Assembly (NCBI RefSeq): GCF_030013205.1 | Contig: NZ_CP122648.1 | DNA length: 64,000 bases | Direction: 5' to 3' (one strand) | Source of the DNA: Escherichia coli | Lineage (GTDB): Bacteria; Pseudomonadota; Gammaproteobacteria; Enterobacterales; Enterobacteriaceae | In this document: piece by piece, positions 11,133 through 26,309 of the stretch | How the letters are laid out: each line of letters starts with the position of its first letter | Position numbering within the stretch: the first letter of the stretch is position 1 | Made by a program: the position numbers and the translations under genes | The notes under the pieces: model-generated | What the model was told of the DNA's origin: nothing | Database searches by the model: none | The model's input: only the letters and a program-made list of their open reading frames with translations

Positions 11133-11603
11133 TTACTCGATGACGACCAGCGGCTCGTCAAATTCTACCGGTTGTCCACTTTCGACCAGAATTGCTTTCA
11201 CGGTACCGGATTTGTCCGCTTCGATCTGGTTCATCATTTTCATGGCTTCAACGATGCACAGGGTATCGCCCACGTTGACTTTCTGACCCACTTCGATGAA
11301 CGCTTTCGCGTCCGGGCTTGGGGTGCGGTAGAAAGTACCAACCATCGGGGAACGTACGATGTGACCACTGATTTCCGCTGCTGCTGGCGCTTCCATTGAA
11401 GGAACGGTCGCCGGAGCGGCTGCGTTAGATTGAGCTGGCTGCTGCATCATTGGTGCAGCGTAAGCTTGTTGCATCACAGGGAAACTTGCGGCAGGAGCTG
11501 CACGGCTAATGCGTACTGACTCTTCGCCTTCAGAAATTTCCAGTTCGGAGATGCCTGATTCTTCAACCAGCTCGATCAGTTTTTTAATCTTACGAATATC
11601 CAT
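11133..11603 (-). CDS. accB: biotin carboxyl carrier protein of acetyl-CoA carboxylase
   Basis: 156-aa [25 protein letters not shown]... with the biotinylation motif [10 protein letters not shown]. Confidence 0.95.
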
Positions 11604-12580
11604 GAGTGGGTTCCGTACTCTTTGTTTAGTGTGATTGTGACAGGCGTTTCACCGCCGTCTGTAAAGCGTATGCCCCGACAGCTGTATGCATAGCGATAAA
11701 TTCCAGCAGGCCGGGACGCCGGTCTATTTTGCCCCAGAGTGTCAATGTTAGACTTGACGGACATTGTGCAGCGATCTGCTGCTATCCTCCGGCAAAAAAC
11801 AAAATATACCTTCGTTGCGCCAATGTCACCTTTTCCGCAGCGCAAAAACTGCGTCAGGGAGGACGAGGTCGCACATTATAACGATTTCGTAGCAATTGGC
11901 AGCTAAATACTGGTCTTATCAGGGAAGATAATCAACAGCTAACATGTAAATAACCTTCAACACCGTGTAATTTGCAACAAGCCGCACAATTCACGAAATT
12001 AGCGCCATCATCGACGGAACTTCTTATAACGTAAGGTGAAAAGCTGTAAAGCCAGCCCTGCGAAGATGAGGGGCTGCAATGAGATAATCTTCACAGACCA
12101 CAAATAATGTAGGGATGCCAGGATCGCGACAAGATAGACGACATTACGCAGCGGTTGCTGAGGATTACGCAATTTTCACTTCATCGTCTGGATAGATGTG
12201 AATGCTAAAGCACGCAAAATCAACCGTCTGACAATGCTCAGCATCAAATACGTTCGAGTGGTTAATTTGTAGGCAAATAAAATCAGATTATTCACCCCAT
12301 GGTACCAGAAATCAGTAACAGGTTAAGCGTAGCGTCGCCCAGGCAAAGCACCATAAACCTAACAGGCGACGGAGGCGTATCAATAATGGCTGTTTAGTGG
12401 AGTAACAGTGCGCATCAATTTATGGTCAGTCGAAATCATGACTTTCCAGTTTGGATGATGTTGTACAACTTCATGACCAAGATGTTCGACGAAAGCTGTC
12501 CGGCTAACCGCTTTTCCCGTTAACCGATTGAATAATGGTTTCAAAATGAGTTCCCTCTCTTATTAATCCTTGCTAAATGG

Positions 12581-13555
12581 TTAGTTAACCTTCACCAGCG
12601 TGCGCCCCTGGATCTGGTTATTAATGATGGCCTCGGCAAACTTCGGTGCCTCTGCCAGAGATATCTCTTGTGCCGCCTGGGTATAGAATGATTCCGGTAA
12701 ATCGGCGACCAGTCGCTGCCAGGCTTGTGCGCGGCGTGCTGGTGGCGTCATCACTGAATCCACCCCCTGTAAACGGACATTACGCAGAATAAATGGCATG
12801 ACCGTGGTTGGCAGAGTAAAACCACCCGCCAGACCACAGGCCGCCACGCAGCCGCCGTAATTCATTTGCGCCAGCACTTTCGCCAGCACTTTGTCGCCAA
12901 CGGTGTCAATTGCCCCAGCCCAGAGTTGTTTTTCCAGAGGACGGGATTCGGCAAACTCATCGCGAGAGAGAATACGGCTGGCTCCTAAACTTTTCAGATA
13001 TTCATGGGTACTTTCGCGACCAGAAACGGCAACGACCTGATAACCCAACTTATGCAGCAGCGCCACGGCGGTACTGCCGACGCCACCACTGGCACCCGTC
13101 ACGACAATCTCCCCATCCTGCGGGCGAACACCGGCATCTTCCAGCGCCATCACACACAGCATGGCGGTAAAACCGGCAGTACCGATAATCATTGCTTTAC
13201 GCGCGTCCAGCCCTTGCGGCATGGCAACCAGCCAGTCACCTTTCACTCGCGCCTGTTCCGCCAGCCCCCCCCAGTGGTTTTCACCAACGCCCCAGCCAGT
13301 GAGTAATACGTCCTGACCGGCATGAAAACGCGGATCTTCGCTGGTGCGTACAGTTCCGGCAAAATCGATCCCAGGAATCATCGGAAAATTACGGATGATT
13401 TTTCCCTTACCGGTAATCGCCAGCGCATCTTTGTAGTTCAGGCTCGACCAGTGAACATCAACCGTGACATCGCCCTCCGGCAGGCAACTTTCGTCCAGAG
13501 TCTTTACCGATGCGAGAGTTTTGCCGTCCTGCTGTTCTAAAAGTAACGCCTGCAT
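12581..13555 (-). CDS. acuI: acrylyl-CoA reductase / quinone-oxidoreductase-family protein AcuI (YhdH)
   Basis: 324-aa ORF MQALLLEQQDGKTLASVKTLDES...; MDR zinc-independent oxidoreductase fold; expected position next to csrD. Confidence 0.9.
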   Translation of the reverse strand: MQALLLEQQDGKTLASVKTLDESCLPEGDVTVDVHWSSLNYKDALAITGKGKIIRNFPMIPGIDFAGTVRTSEDPRFHAGQDVLLTGWGVGENHWGGLAEQARVKGDWLVAMPQGLDARKAMIIGTAGFTAMLCVMALEDAGVRPQDGEIVVTGASGGVGSTAVALLHKLGYQVVAVSGRESTHEYLKSLGASRILSRDEFAESRPLEKQLWAGAIDTVGDKVLAKVLAQMNYGGCVAACGLAGGFTLPTTVMPFILRNVRLQGVDSVMTPPARRAQAWQRLVADLPESFYTQAAQEISLAEAPKFAEAIINNQIQGRTLVKVN

Positions 13556-13706
13556 AAGTGGTCCTCATGTGCATGATGGATTGGAAAATAATTTCTGAAG
13601 ACTATACTCGCTAATGGAAAAGCAAAGCCGATGAAGCGCAATAAATTGCGAGATAAATCTGATTTGCTAGTATGCCCGCTTCCTCACTATCGGAGTTAAC
13701 ACAAGG

Positions 13707-15647
13707 ATGAGATTAACGACGAAATTTTCGGCCTTTGTTACGCTGCTCACCGGGTTAACAATTTTTGTGACTTTGCTGGGCTGTTCGCTAAGTTTCTACA
13801 ATGCCATTCAGTATAAGTTTAGTCATCGCGTTCAGGCGGTGGCGACGGCAATTGATACCCACCTTGTGTCGAATGACTTCAGCGCATTAAGGCCACAAAT
13901 TACCGAATTAATGATGTCGGCAGATATCGTTCGTGTAGACCTGCTGCATGGTGATAAACAGGTATATACCCTGGCCAGAAATGGAAGTTATCGTCCGGTT
14001 GGCACCAGCGATCTGTTTCGCGAACTGAGCGTTCCGTTGATAAAGCATCCGGGGATGTCGCTGCGTCTGGTTTATCAGGATCCGATGGGCAACTATTTCC
14101 ATTCGTTGATGACCACCGCGCCGCTCACGGGGGCGATTGGCTTTATCATTCTTATGCTCTTTCTGGCGGTACGCTGGTTACAACGGCAACTTGCCGGGCA
14201 AGAATTGCTGGAAACCCGGGCTACTCGTATCTTAAACGGTGAACGTGGCTCTAATGTTTTGGGAACCATCTATGAATGGCCGCCCAGAACCAGCAGTGCG
14301 CTGGATACGCTGCTTCGTGAAATTCAGAACGCACGCGAACAACACAGCCGTCTTGATACGCTGATCCGCTCTTATGCCGCCCAGGACATGAAAACCGGCC
14401 TCAATAACCGACTCTTCTTCGATAATCAGTTAGCAACGTTACTGGAAGATCAGGAGAAAGTAGGTACCCACGGGATCGTGATGATGATTCGTCTTCCGGA
14501 TTTCAATATGTTGAGCGATACCTGGGGGCACAGCCAGGTTGAAGAACAGTTCTTCACTCTGACGAATCTGCTGTCGACATTTATGATGCGCTATCCTGGC
14601 GCACTGCTGGCGCGTTACCACCGCAGTGATTTTGCTGCGCTGTTGCCGCACCGGACGTTAAAAGAGGCTGAGAGCATAGCCAGTCAGTTAATCAAAGCCG
14701 TCGATACCTTGCCGAATAATAAAATGCTCGATCGCGACGATATGATCCACATTGGTATCTGCGCCTGGCGTAGTGGTCAGGATACCGAGCAGGTAATGGA
14801 ACATGCAGAGTCTGCCACGCGTAATGCGGGATTGCAGGGCGGCAATAGCTGGGCTATTTACGATGACTCGTTGCCTGAAAAAGGACGCGGTAATGTTCGC
14901 TGGCGTACGCTTATCGAGCAAATGCTCAGTCGCGGCGGCCCGCGCCTTTATCAAAAACCGGCGGTTACTCGCGAAGGTCAGGTTCATCATCGCGAACTCA
15001 TGTGCCGCATCTTCGATGGTAATGAAGAGGTTAGCTCGGCGGAGTATATGCCGATGGTCTTGCAGTTTGGCTTATCGGAAGAGTATGACCGCCTGCAAAT
15101 CAGCCGTCTTATTCCACTATTGCGTTACTGGCCTGAGGAAAATCTGGCGATTCAGGTTACCGTTGAGTCGCTGATTCGCCCGCGTTTTCAGCGTTGGCTG
15201 CGCGATACGTTAATGCAATGTGAAAGATCGCAACGAAAACGCATAATTATTGAACTTGCAGAGGCCGATGTAGGTCAACATATCAGTCGTTTACAACCTG
15301 TTATTCGTTTAGTGAATGCTTTAGGGGTACGGGTAGCCGTCAACCAGGCTGGTTTGACGCTGGTAAGCACCAGTTGGATCAAAGAACTTAATGTTGAGTT
15401 ACTCAAGCTCCATCCGGGGCTGGTCAGAAACATTGAGAAGCGAACGGAGAACCAGCTGCTGGTTCAAAGCCTGGTGGAAGCCTGCTCCGGGACCAGCACC
15501 CAGGTTTACGCCACCGGCGTGCGTTCGCGAAGCGAGTGGCAGACCCTGATTCAGCGCGGTGTTACAGGTGGGCAAGGGGATTTTTTCGCGTCCTCACAGC
15601 CACTTGATACTAACGTGAAAAAATATTCACAAAGATACTCGGTTTAA
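13707..15647 (+). CDS. csrD: RNase E specificity factor CsrD (degenerate GGDEF/EAL protein)
   Basis: 646-aa ORF with N-terminal membrane segments followed by GGDEF-like and EAL-like domains; expected position upstream of mreB. Confidence 0.9.
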   Translation: MRLTTKFSAFVTLLTGLTIFVTLLGCSLSFYNAIQYKFSHRVQAVATAIDTHLVSNDFSALRPQITELMMSADIVRVDLLHGDKQVYTLARNGSYRPVGTSDLFRELSVPLIKHPGMSLRLVYQDPMGNYFHSLMTTAPLTGAIGFIILMLFLAVRWLQRQLAGQELLETRATRILNGERGSNVLGTIYEWPPRTSSALDTLLREIQNAREQHSRLDTLIRSYAAQDMKTGLNNRLFFDNQLATLLEDQEKVGTHGIVMMIRLPDFNMLSDTWGHSQVEEQFFTLTNLLSTFMMRYPGALLARYHRSDFAALLPHRTLKEAESIASQLIKAVDTLPNNKMLDRDDMIHIGICAWRSGQDTEQVMEHAESATRNAGLQGGNSWAIYDDSLPEKGRGNVRWRTLIEQMLSRGGPRLYQKPAVTREGQVHHRELMCRIFDGNEEVSSAEYMPMVLQFGLSEEYDRLQISRLIPLLRYWPEENLAIQVTVESLIRPRFQRWLRDTLMQCERSQRKRIIIELAEADVGQHISRLQPVIRLVNALGVRVAVNQAGLTLVSTSWIKELNVELLKLHPGLVRNIEKRTENQLLVQSLVEACSGTSTQVYATGVRSRSEWQTLIQRGVTGGQGDFFASSQPLDTNVKKYSQRYSV

Positions 15648-15825
15648 CCTGCCGTTTAATCCGTTTTCACGTAGAATAACGCGCGCTGCGTCTCATGGGA
15701 GTGTGCTTGTCTGCTCGCCAGATTGTTGCAGCACATATGCAGATGAATGACCTTACGTGGTTGCAAACAGGCGAGGAATGCTGCTGATGCATTAAGCCTT
15801 TCTGGACTCAGGCAGAGATTTGTAA

Positions 15826-16995
<1,170 letters not shown>

Positions 16996-17060
16996 TCGGA
17001 TGCAGGCAGGGGAAATGTCTGTTTACCCTGCCTGGTCTGATACGAGAATACGCATAACTT

Positions 17061-18652
<1,592 letters not shown>

Positions 18653-18660
18653 AGGTTTCT

Positions 18661-19254
18661 ATGACTTCTCTGTATTTAGCTTCCGGTTCTCCGCGTCGTC
18701 AGGAGTTACTTGCGCAACTTGGCGTAACCTTTGAACGTATTGTTACGGGCATTGAGGAGCAGCGTCAGCCGCAGGAGAGCGCGCAGCAGTATGTTGTGCG
18801 TCTGGCGCGCGAGAAAGCACAGGCGGGTGTCGCGCAAACGGCGCAGGATCTCCCGGTGTTGGGTGCGGATACTATCGTTATCCTGAATGGAGAAGTGCTG
18901 GAGAAACCGCGCGACGCAGAGCATGCGGCGCAGATGTTGCGCAAATTATCGGGTCAGACCCATCAGGTAATGACGGCAGTGGCGTTGGCCGACAGCCAGC
19001 ACATTCTCGATTGCCTGGTGGTCACCGATGTGACTTTCAGAACGTTAACAGACGAAGACATCGCGGGCTATGTCGCCAGCGGTGAACCGTTAGATAAAGC
19101 AGGTGCATACGGTATTCAGGGGCTGGGTGGCTGTTTTGTCAGGAAGATAAATGGCAGCTATCACGCCGTAGTCGGCTTACCGCTGGTTGAAACGTATGAA
19201 TTATTAAGTAATTTTAACGCACTGCGTGAGAAAAGGGATAAACATGACGGCTGA
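18661..19254 (+). CDS. yhdE: Maf-family nucleoside triphosphate pyrophosphatase YhdE
   Basis: ORF 18601..19254 trimmed to [22 protein letters not shown]... (197 aa). Confidence 0.9.
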   Translation: MTSLYLASGSPRRQELLAQLGVTFERIVTGIEEQRQPQESAQQYVVRLAREKAQAGVAQTAQDLPVLGADTIVILNGEVLEKPRDAEHAAQMLRKLSGQTHQVMTAVALADSQHILDCLVVTDVTFRTLTDEDIAGYVASGEPLDKAGAYGIQGLGGCFVRKINGSYHAVVGLPLVETYELLSNFNALREKRDKHDG

Positions 19255-20713
19255 ATTGTTAGTAAACGTAACGCCTTCGGAAACGCGAGTGGCGTATATT
19301 GATGGCGGTATTCTGCAGGAAATTCATATTGAACGTGAGGCGCGACGCGGAATAGTAGGCAATATCTACAAGGGTCGTGTAAGTCGTGTACTTCCGGGTA
19401 TGCAGGCGGCTTTTGTAGATATTGGGCTGGATAAAGCCGCGTTTCTTCATGCATCTGACATCATGCCGCACACCGAATGTGTGGCGGGTGAAGAACAAAA
19501 GCAATTCACGGTGCGCGACATCTCGGAACTGGTTCGTCAGGGGCAAGATCTGATGGTGCAGGTGGTGAAAGATCCACTTGGCACTAAGGGTGCGCGCCTG
19601 ACCACCGATATCACGCTGCCTTCTCGCTATCTGGTATTTATGCCAGGGGCTTCTCACGTTGGGGTTTCCCAACGAATTGAAAGCGAATCAGAACGTGAAC
19701 GCCTGAAAAAAGTGGTCGCAGAGTATTGCGACGAGCAGGGCGGGTTTATCATCCGTACCGCAGCTGAAGGGGTTGGCGAGGCTGAACTGGCCTCCGATGC
19801 CGCTTATCTGAAACGCGTCTGGACCAAAGTTATGGAGCGTAAAAAGCGCCCACAGACCCGTTATCAGCTGTACGGCGAACTGGCGCTGGCGCAGCGTGTT
19901 CTGCGTGATTTCGCCGACGCCGAACTCGACCGCATTCGCGTTGACTCACGCCTGACTTACGAAGCATTGCTGGAGTTTACCTCGGAGTACATTCCCGAGA
20001 TGACCAGCAAGCTGGAGCATTACACCGGACGCCAGCCGATTTTCGATCTCTTTGATGTCGAAAACGAAATTCAGCGAGCGCTGGAACGCAAAGTAGAACT
20101 GAAATCCGGTGGCTATCTGATTATCGACCAGACCGAAGCGATGACCACCGTAGACATCAATACCGGGGCGTTTGTCGGTCATCGCAATCTGGACGACACC
20201 ATTTTCAATACCAATATTGAAGCGACGCAGGCTATCGCTCGCCAGTTACGGTTGCGCAATCTGGGCGGGATTATCATTATTGATTTCATCGACATGAATA
20301 ATGAAGATCACCGTCGCCGCGTGCTGCACTCGCTGGAGCAGGCGTTGAGCAAAGACCGGGTGAAAACCAGCGTTAATGGTTTTTCGGCGCTGGGGCTGGT
20401 GGAGATGACGCGTAAACGCACCCGCGAAAGCATTGAGCACGTACTATGTAACGAATGCCCAACCTGCCACGGTCGCGGAACGGTGAAAACCGTGGAAACG
20501 GTATGCTATGAAATCATGCGCGAGATTGTTCGTGTACACCATGCTTATGATTCCGACCGTTTCCTGGTCTATGCTTCTCCGGCAGTAGCTGAAGCCTTGA
20601 AAGGCGAAGAGTCACACTCGCTGGCGGAAGTGGAAATTTTCGTTGGTAAACAGGTTAAAGTACAAATTGAACCGCTCTATAACCAGGAGCAGTTTGACGT
20701 CGTAATGATGTAA
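19244..20713 (+). CDS. rng: ribonuclease G
   Basis: ORF 19226..20713 trimmed to [30 protein letters not shown]... (489 aa); S1 domain plus RNase E/G catalytic domain. Confidence 0.95.
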
Positions 20714-20780
20714 ACAGATGCTGGGCCGCCATCCGGCAAAGGGTTTTTGAGTCACATTTTTAGCAGACAAGGAGTGACGG

Positions 20781-23700
20781 GTGAGGCGATTGCCGGGGAT
20801 TTTACTGCTTACTGGAGCCGCGCTCGTTGTGATCGCTGCCCTGCTGGTTAGCGGCCTGCGTATTGCTTTACCGCATCTTGACGCTTGGCGTCCGGAAATC
20901 CTCAACAAAATAGAATCCGCGACTGGCATGCCGGTAGAAGCCAGTCAGCTCTCAGCCAGCTGGCAGAATTTTGGCCCGACGCTTGAAGCACACGACATCC
21001 GTGCAGAACTAAAGGATGGCGGCGAATTTTCGGTTAAACGCGTTACTCTTGCGCTAGATGTCTGGCAGAGCCTGTTACATATGCGCTGGCAGTTTCGCGA
21101 CCTCACTTTCTGGCAGCTGCGCTTTCGCACCAACACTCCTATCACCAGCGGCGGTGGTAATGATAGCCTGGAAGCCAGTCACATCAGCGATCTGTTTCTT
21201 CGTCAGTTCGACCATTTTGATCTCCGCGACAGTGAAGTCAGTTTCCTGACGCCATCCGGTCAGCGCGCCGAGCTGGCGATCCCACAACTCACCTGGCTGA
21301 ACGATCCACGTCGACACCGTGCAGAAGGCCTGGTAAGCCTCTCCAGCCTTACCGGACAGCACGGCGTGATGCAGGTGCGCATGGATTTGCGCGATGATGA
21401 GGGGTTGTTAAGCAATGGTCGCGTCTGGCTCCAGGCGGATGACATCGACCTGAAGCCGTGGCTCGGTAAATGGATGCAGGACAATATTGCGCTGGAAACG
21501 GCACAGTTCTCCCTTGAAGGCTGGATGACGATCGACAAAGGCGATGTAACCGGCGGTGACGTCTGGCTGAAACAGGGCGGTGCCAGCTGGTTGGGCGAGA
21601 AGCAAACGCATACGCTGTCGGTGGATAATCTGACCGCGCATATTACGCGTGAAAATCCAGGCTGGCAGTTCTCTATTCCCGATACACGGATCACGATGGA
21701 CGGCAAACCCTGGCCGAGCGGAGCATTGACGCTGGCCTGGATACCGGAACAGGACGTTGGCGGCAAAGACAATAAACGCAGTGACGAACTCCGGATTCGC
21801 GCCAGTAATCTGGAGCTGGCAGGCCTGGAGGGCATACGCCCGCTGGCCGCGAAACTTTCACCTGCACTGGGTGATGTTTGGCGCTCCACACAACCGAGCG
21901 GCAAGATTAACACTCTGGCGCTGGATATCCCGCTTCAGGCGGCAGACAAGACCCGTTTTCAGGCATCGTGGAGCGATCTGGCCTGGAAGCAATGGAAATT
22001 ATTACCGGGTGCGGAACACTTCTCCGGGACGCTTTCCGGCAGCGTAGAAAATGGTTTGCTTACCGCGTCGATGAAACAGGCAAAGATGCCTTACGAAACG
22101 GTATTCCGTGCGCCACTGGAAATCGCCGACGGCCAGGCAACGATAAGCTGGCTGAACAATGACAAAGGTTTCCAGCTGGATGGGCGTAATATTGACGTTA
22201 AAGCCAAAGCCGTCCATGCGCGCGGCGGTTTTCGTTACCTGCAACCAGCTAACGATGAACCCTGGCTGGGTATTCTGGCTGGCATCAGTACCGATGATGG
22301 TTCACAAGCCTGGCGCTATTTCCCGGAAAACTTGATGGGTAAAGACCTGGTTGATTACTTAAGTGGCGCGATTCAGGGCGGTGTAGCGGATAACGCGACG
22401 CTGGTTTATGGTGGCAATCCGCAACTCTTCCCCTATAAACACAACGAAGGTCAGTTTGAAGTGCTGGTGCCGCTGCGCAACGCGAAGTTTGCCTTCCAGC
22501 CGGACTGGCCTGCATTAACTAACCTTGATATTGAACTGGACTTTATTAACGACGGTTTATGGATGAAAACCGATGGCGTTAATCTGGGCGGCGTGCGCGC
22601 GAGTAATCTCACCGCAGTGATCCCTGACTACTCGAAAGAAAAACTGCTGATTGACGCTGACATTAAAGGTCCGGGTAAAGCCGTCGGCCCTTACTTTGAT
22701 GAGACACCGCTGAAAGATTCTCTGGGTGCAACCCTGCAAGAACTCCAGCTCGACGGCGATGTGAATGCTCGCTTACATCTCGATATTCCGCTGAACGGCG
22801 AACTGGTAACCGCGAAAGGTGAAGTGACGCTGCGTAATAACAGTCTGTTTATCAAACCACTCGACAGCACCCTGAAAAATTTGAGCGGTAAATTCAGCTT
22901 TATCAATGGCGATTTGCAAAGTGAACCACTGACAGCAAGCTGGTTTAATCAGCCGTTGAACGTGGATTTTTCCACCAAAGAAGGGGCAAAAGCCTACCAG
23001 GTTGCGGTGAATCTCAACGGTAACTGGCAACCAGCGAAAACCGGCGTTCTGCCTGCAGCGGTGAACGAAGCATTAAGTGGCAGCGTGGCGTGGGATGGTA
23101 AAGTGGGCATTGATCTGCCTTATCATGCTGGCGCGACCTATAACGTAGAGCTGAACGGCGACCTGAAGAATGTGAGCAGTCACTTACCTTCACCGTTAGC
23201 CAAACCTGCGGGTGAACCACTAGCGGTAAACGTTAAGGTTGATGGCAATCTCAACAGCTTTGAATTAACCGGACAGGCAGGTGCGGATAACCATTTCAAT
23301 AGCCGCTGGTTGCTCGGTCAAAAGCTGACGCTCGATCGTGCTATTTGGGCGGCAGACAGTAAAACGCTCCCGCCGTTGCCGGAACAAAGTGGCGTTGAAC
23401 TCAATATGCCGCCGATGAATGGTGCCGAGTGGCTGGCCCTGTTCCAGAAAGGCGCGGCGGAGAGTGTCGGTGGTGCAGCGAGTTTCCCACAACACATAAC
23501 GTTACGTACGCCTATGTTGTCGCTGGGAAATCAGCAATGGAATAACCTGAGTATTGTTTCGCAACCGACGGCAAATGGCACCCAGGTTGAGGCGCAAGGG
23601 CGTGAAATCAACGCCACGCTGGCGATGCGTAATAACGCGCCGTGGCTGGCGAATATCAAATATCTTTATTACAACCCGAGCGTGGCGAAAACTCGTGGTG

Positions 23701-24581
23701 ATTCAACACAGTCATCACCTTTCCCGACAACGGAGCGCATTAACTTCCGTGGCTGGCCGGACGCCCAAATACGATGCGCAGAGTGCTGGTTCTGGGGGCA
23801 AAAATTTGGGCGCATTGACAGTGATATCACCATTTCTGGCAATACATTAACGCTGACCAATGGACTGATTGATACTGGTTTCTCGCGGCTTACTGCCGAT
23901 GGTGAATGGGTTAACAATCCGGGAAATGAACGCACCTCGCTGAAAGGAAAACTGCGTGGGCAGAAAATTGATGCCGCCGCAGAATTTTTTGGTGTCACGA
24001 CGCCCATACGCCAGTCGTCATTTAATGTGGATTACGATTTACACTGGCGCAAAGCACCCTGGCAACCAGATGAGGCGACGTTGAATGGCATCATTCATAC
24101 TCAACTGGGCAAAGGCGAAATTACCGAAATCAATACCGGACATGCCGGGCAATTGCTGCGCTTATTGAGCGTTGATGCCCTGATGCGTAAGCTGCGTTTT
24201 GATTTCAGAGACACCTTTGGTGAAGGGTTCTATTTTGACTCCATTCGCAGCACCGCGTGGATTAAAGACGGCGTTATGCACACCGACGACACGCTGGTGG
24301 ATGGCCTGGAAGCGGACATTGCCATGAAAGGGTCGGTAAATCTGGTGCGTCGCGACCTGAATATGGAAGCGGTTGTCGCACCAGAGATTTCTGCGACGGT
24401 GGGCGTGGCTGCGGCTTTTGCGGTTAACCCCATTGTTGGCGCGGCAGTGTTTGCAGCCAGTAAAGTGCTGGGGCCGCTGTGGAGCAAAGTCTCCATTTTG
24501 CGCTATCACATTTCGGGTCCGCTGGACGATCCGCAAATCAACGAAGTGTTGCGCCAACCGCGTAAAGAAAAAGCGCAATGA
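20781..24581 (+). CDS. yhdP: AsmA-like inner-membrane-anchored envelope protein YhdP
   Basis: 1266-aa ORF with an N-terminal transmembrane anchor; size and position match YhdP. Confidence 0.9.
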   Translation: MRRLPGILLLTGAALVVIAALLVSGLRIALPHLDAWRPEILNKIESATGMPVEASQLSASWQNFGPTLEAHDIRAELKDGGEFSVKRVTLALDVWQSLLHMRWQFRDLTFWQLRFRTNTPITSGGGNDSLEASHISDLFLRQFDHFDLRDSEVSFLTPSGQRAELAIPQLTWLNDPRRHRAEGLVSLSSLTGQHGVMQVRMDLRDDEGLLSNGRVWLQADDIDLKPWLGKWMQDNIALETAQFSLEGWMTIDKGDVTGGDVWLKQGGASWLGEKQTHTLSVDNLTAHITRENPGWQFSIPDTRITMDGKPWPSGALTLAWIPEQDVGGKDNKRSDELRIRASNLELAGLEGIRPLAAKLSPALGDVWRSTQPSGKINTLALDIPLQAADKTRFQASWSDLAWKQWKLLPGAEHFSGTLSGSVENGLLTASMKQAKMPYETVFRAPLEIADGQATISWLNNDKGFQLDGRNIDVKAKAVHARGGFRYLQPANDEPWLGILAGISTDDGSQAWRYFPENLMGKDLVDYLSGAIQGGVADNATLVYGGNPQLFPYKHNEGQFEVLVPLRNAKFAFQPDWPALTNLDIELDFINDGLWMKTDGVNLGGVRASNLTAVIPDYSKEKLLIDADIKGPGKAVGPYFDETPLKDSLGATLQELQLDGDVNARLHLDIPLNGELVTAKGEVTLRNNSLFIKPLDSTLKNLSGKFSFINGDLQSEPLTASWFNQPLNVDFSTKEGAKAYQVAVNLNGNWQPAKTGVLPAAVNEALSGSVAWDGKVGIDLPYHAGATYNVELNGDLKNVSSHLPSPLAKPAGEPLAVNVKVDGNLNSFELTGQAGADNHFNSRWLLGQKLTLDRAIWAADSKTLPPLPEQSGVELNMPPMNGAEWLALFQKGAAESVGGAASFPQHITLRTPMLSLGNQQWNNLSIVSQPTANGTQVEAQGREINATLAMRNNAPWLANIKYLYYNPSVAKTRGDSTQSSPFPTTERINFRGWPDAQIRCAECWFWGQKFGRIDSDITISGNTLTLTNGLIDTGFSRLTADGEWVNNPGNERTSLKGKLRGQKIDAAAEFFGVTTPIRQSSFNVDYDLHWRKAPWQPDEATLNGIIHTQLGKGEITEINTGHAGQLLRLLSVDALMRKLRFDFRDTFGEGFYFDSIRSTAWIKDGVMHTDDTLVDGLEADIAMKGSVNLVRRDLNMEAVVAPEISATVGVAAAFAVNPIVGAAVFAASKVLGPLWSKVSILRYHISGPLDDPQINEVLRQPRKEKAQ

Positions 24582-24654
24582 TTTGACGAGGGCGCGTAAT
24601 TGCCCCAATCTCATATGATAATCGTTGCCAAAGGCCAACGAGCCGGAACATAAC

Positions 24655-24689
24655 CGTAGGCCGGATAGGGCGTTCACGCCGCATCCGGC
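24655..24689. repeat. REP (repetitive extragenic palindromic) element
   Basis: CGTAGGCCGGATAGGGCGTTCACGCCGCATCCGGC matches the REP consensus in the yhdP-tldD intergenic region. Confidence 0.85.
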
Positions 24690-24721
24690 AGCCGTAAAAA
24701 ATCCTCTACTGCAGTAACTAA

Positions 24722-26182
<1,461 letters not shown>

Positions 26183-26233
26183 TAATTTCACTATTTTCAG
26201 AAGGATAATTAATCCTTCTACGTGCACGAACGG

Positions 26234-26266
26234 TCCCCTCGCCCCTCTGGGGTTAGGGTGAGGGGA
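26234..26266. repeat. GC-rich palindromic repeat TCCCCTCGCCCCT...GGTGAGGGGA (copy 1)
   Basis: Inverted arms TCCCCTC / GAGGGGA downstream of tldD; a near-identical unit recurs at 44793-44825. Confidence 0.7.
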
Positions 26267-26309
26267 ACCCGTTGGCACAGGTTTGTACAACGTAACAGTA
26301 TAATATTAA

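Noticed and set aside
9773-11161. N-terminally extended versions of genes as given in the track (accC 462 aa, gltB 1522 aa, mreB 372 aa, mdh 334 aa, degQ 469 aa, nanT 506 aa, rplM 167 aa, ptsN 171 aa and others)
   Set aside because: The track reports the longest ATG-to-stop frame. The recognised protein N-termini begin at internal start codons with better RBS spacing, so the extensions are artefacts and coordinates were trimmed.
11576-11845. 89-aa minus-strand ORF overlapping the accB start
   Set aside because: Out of frame with accB and lying in the accB leader/promoter; no RBS; most likely a chance frame.
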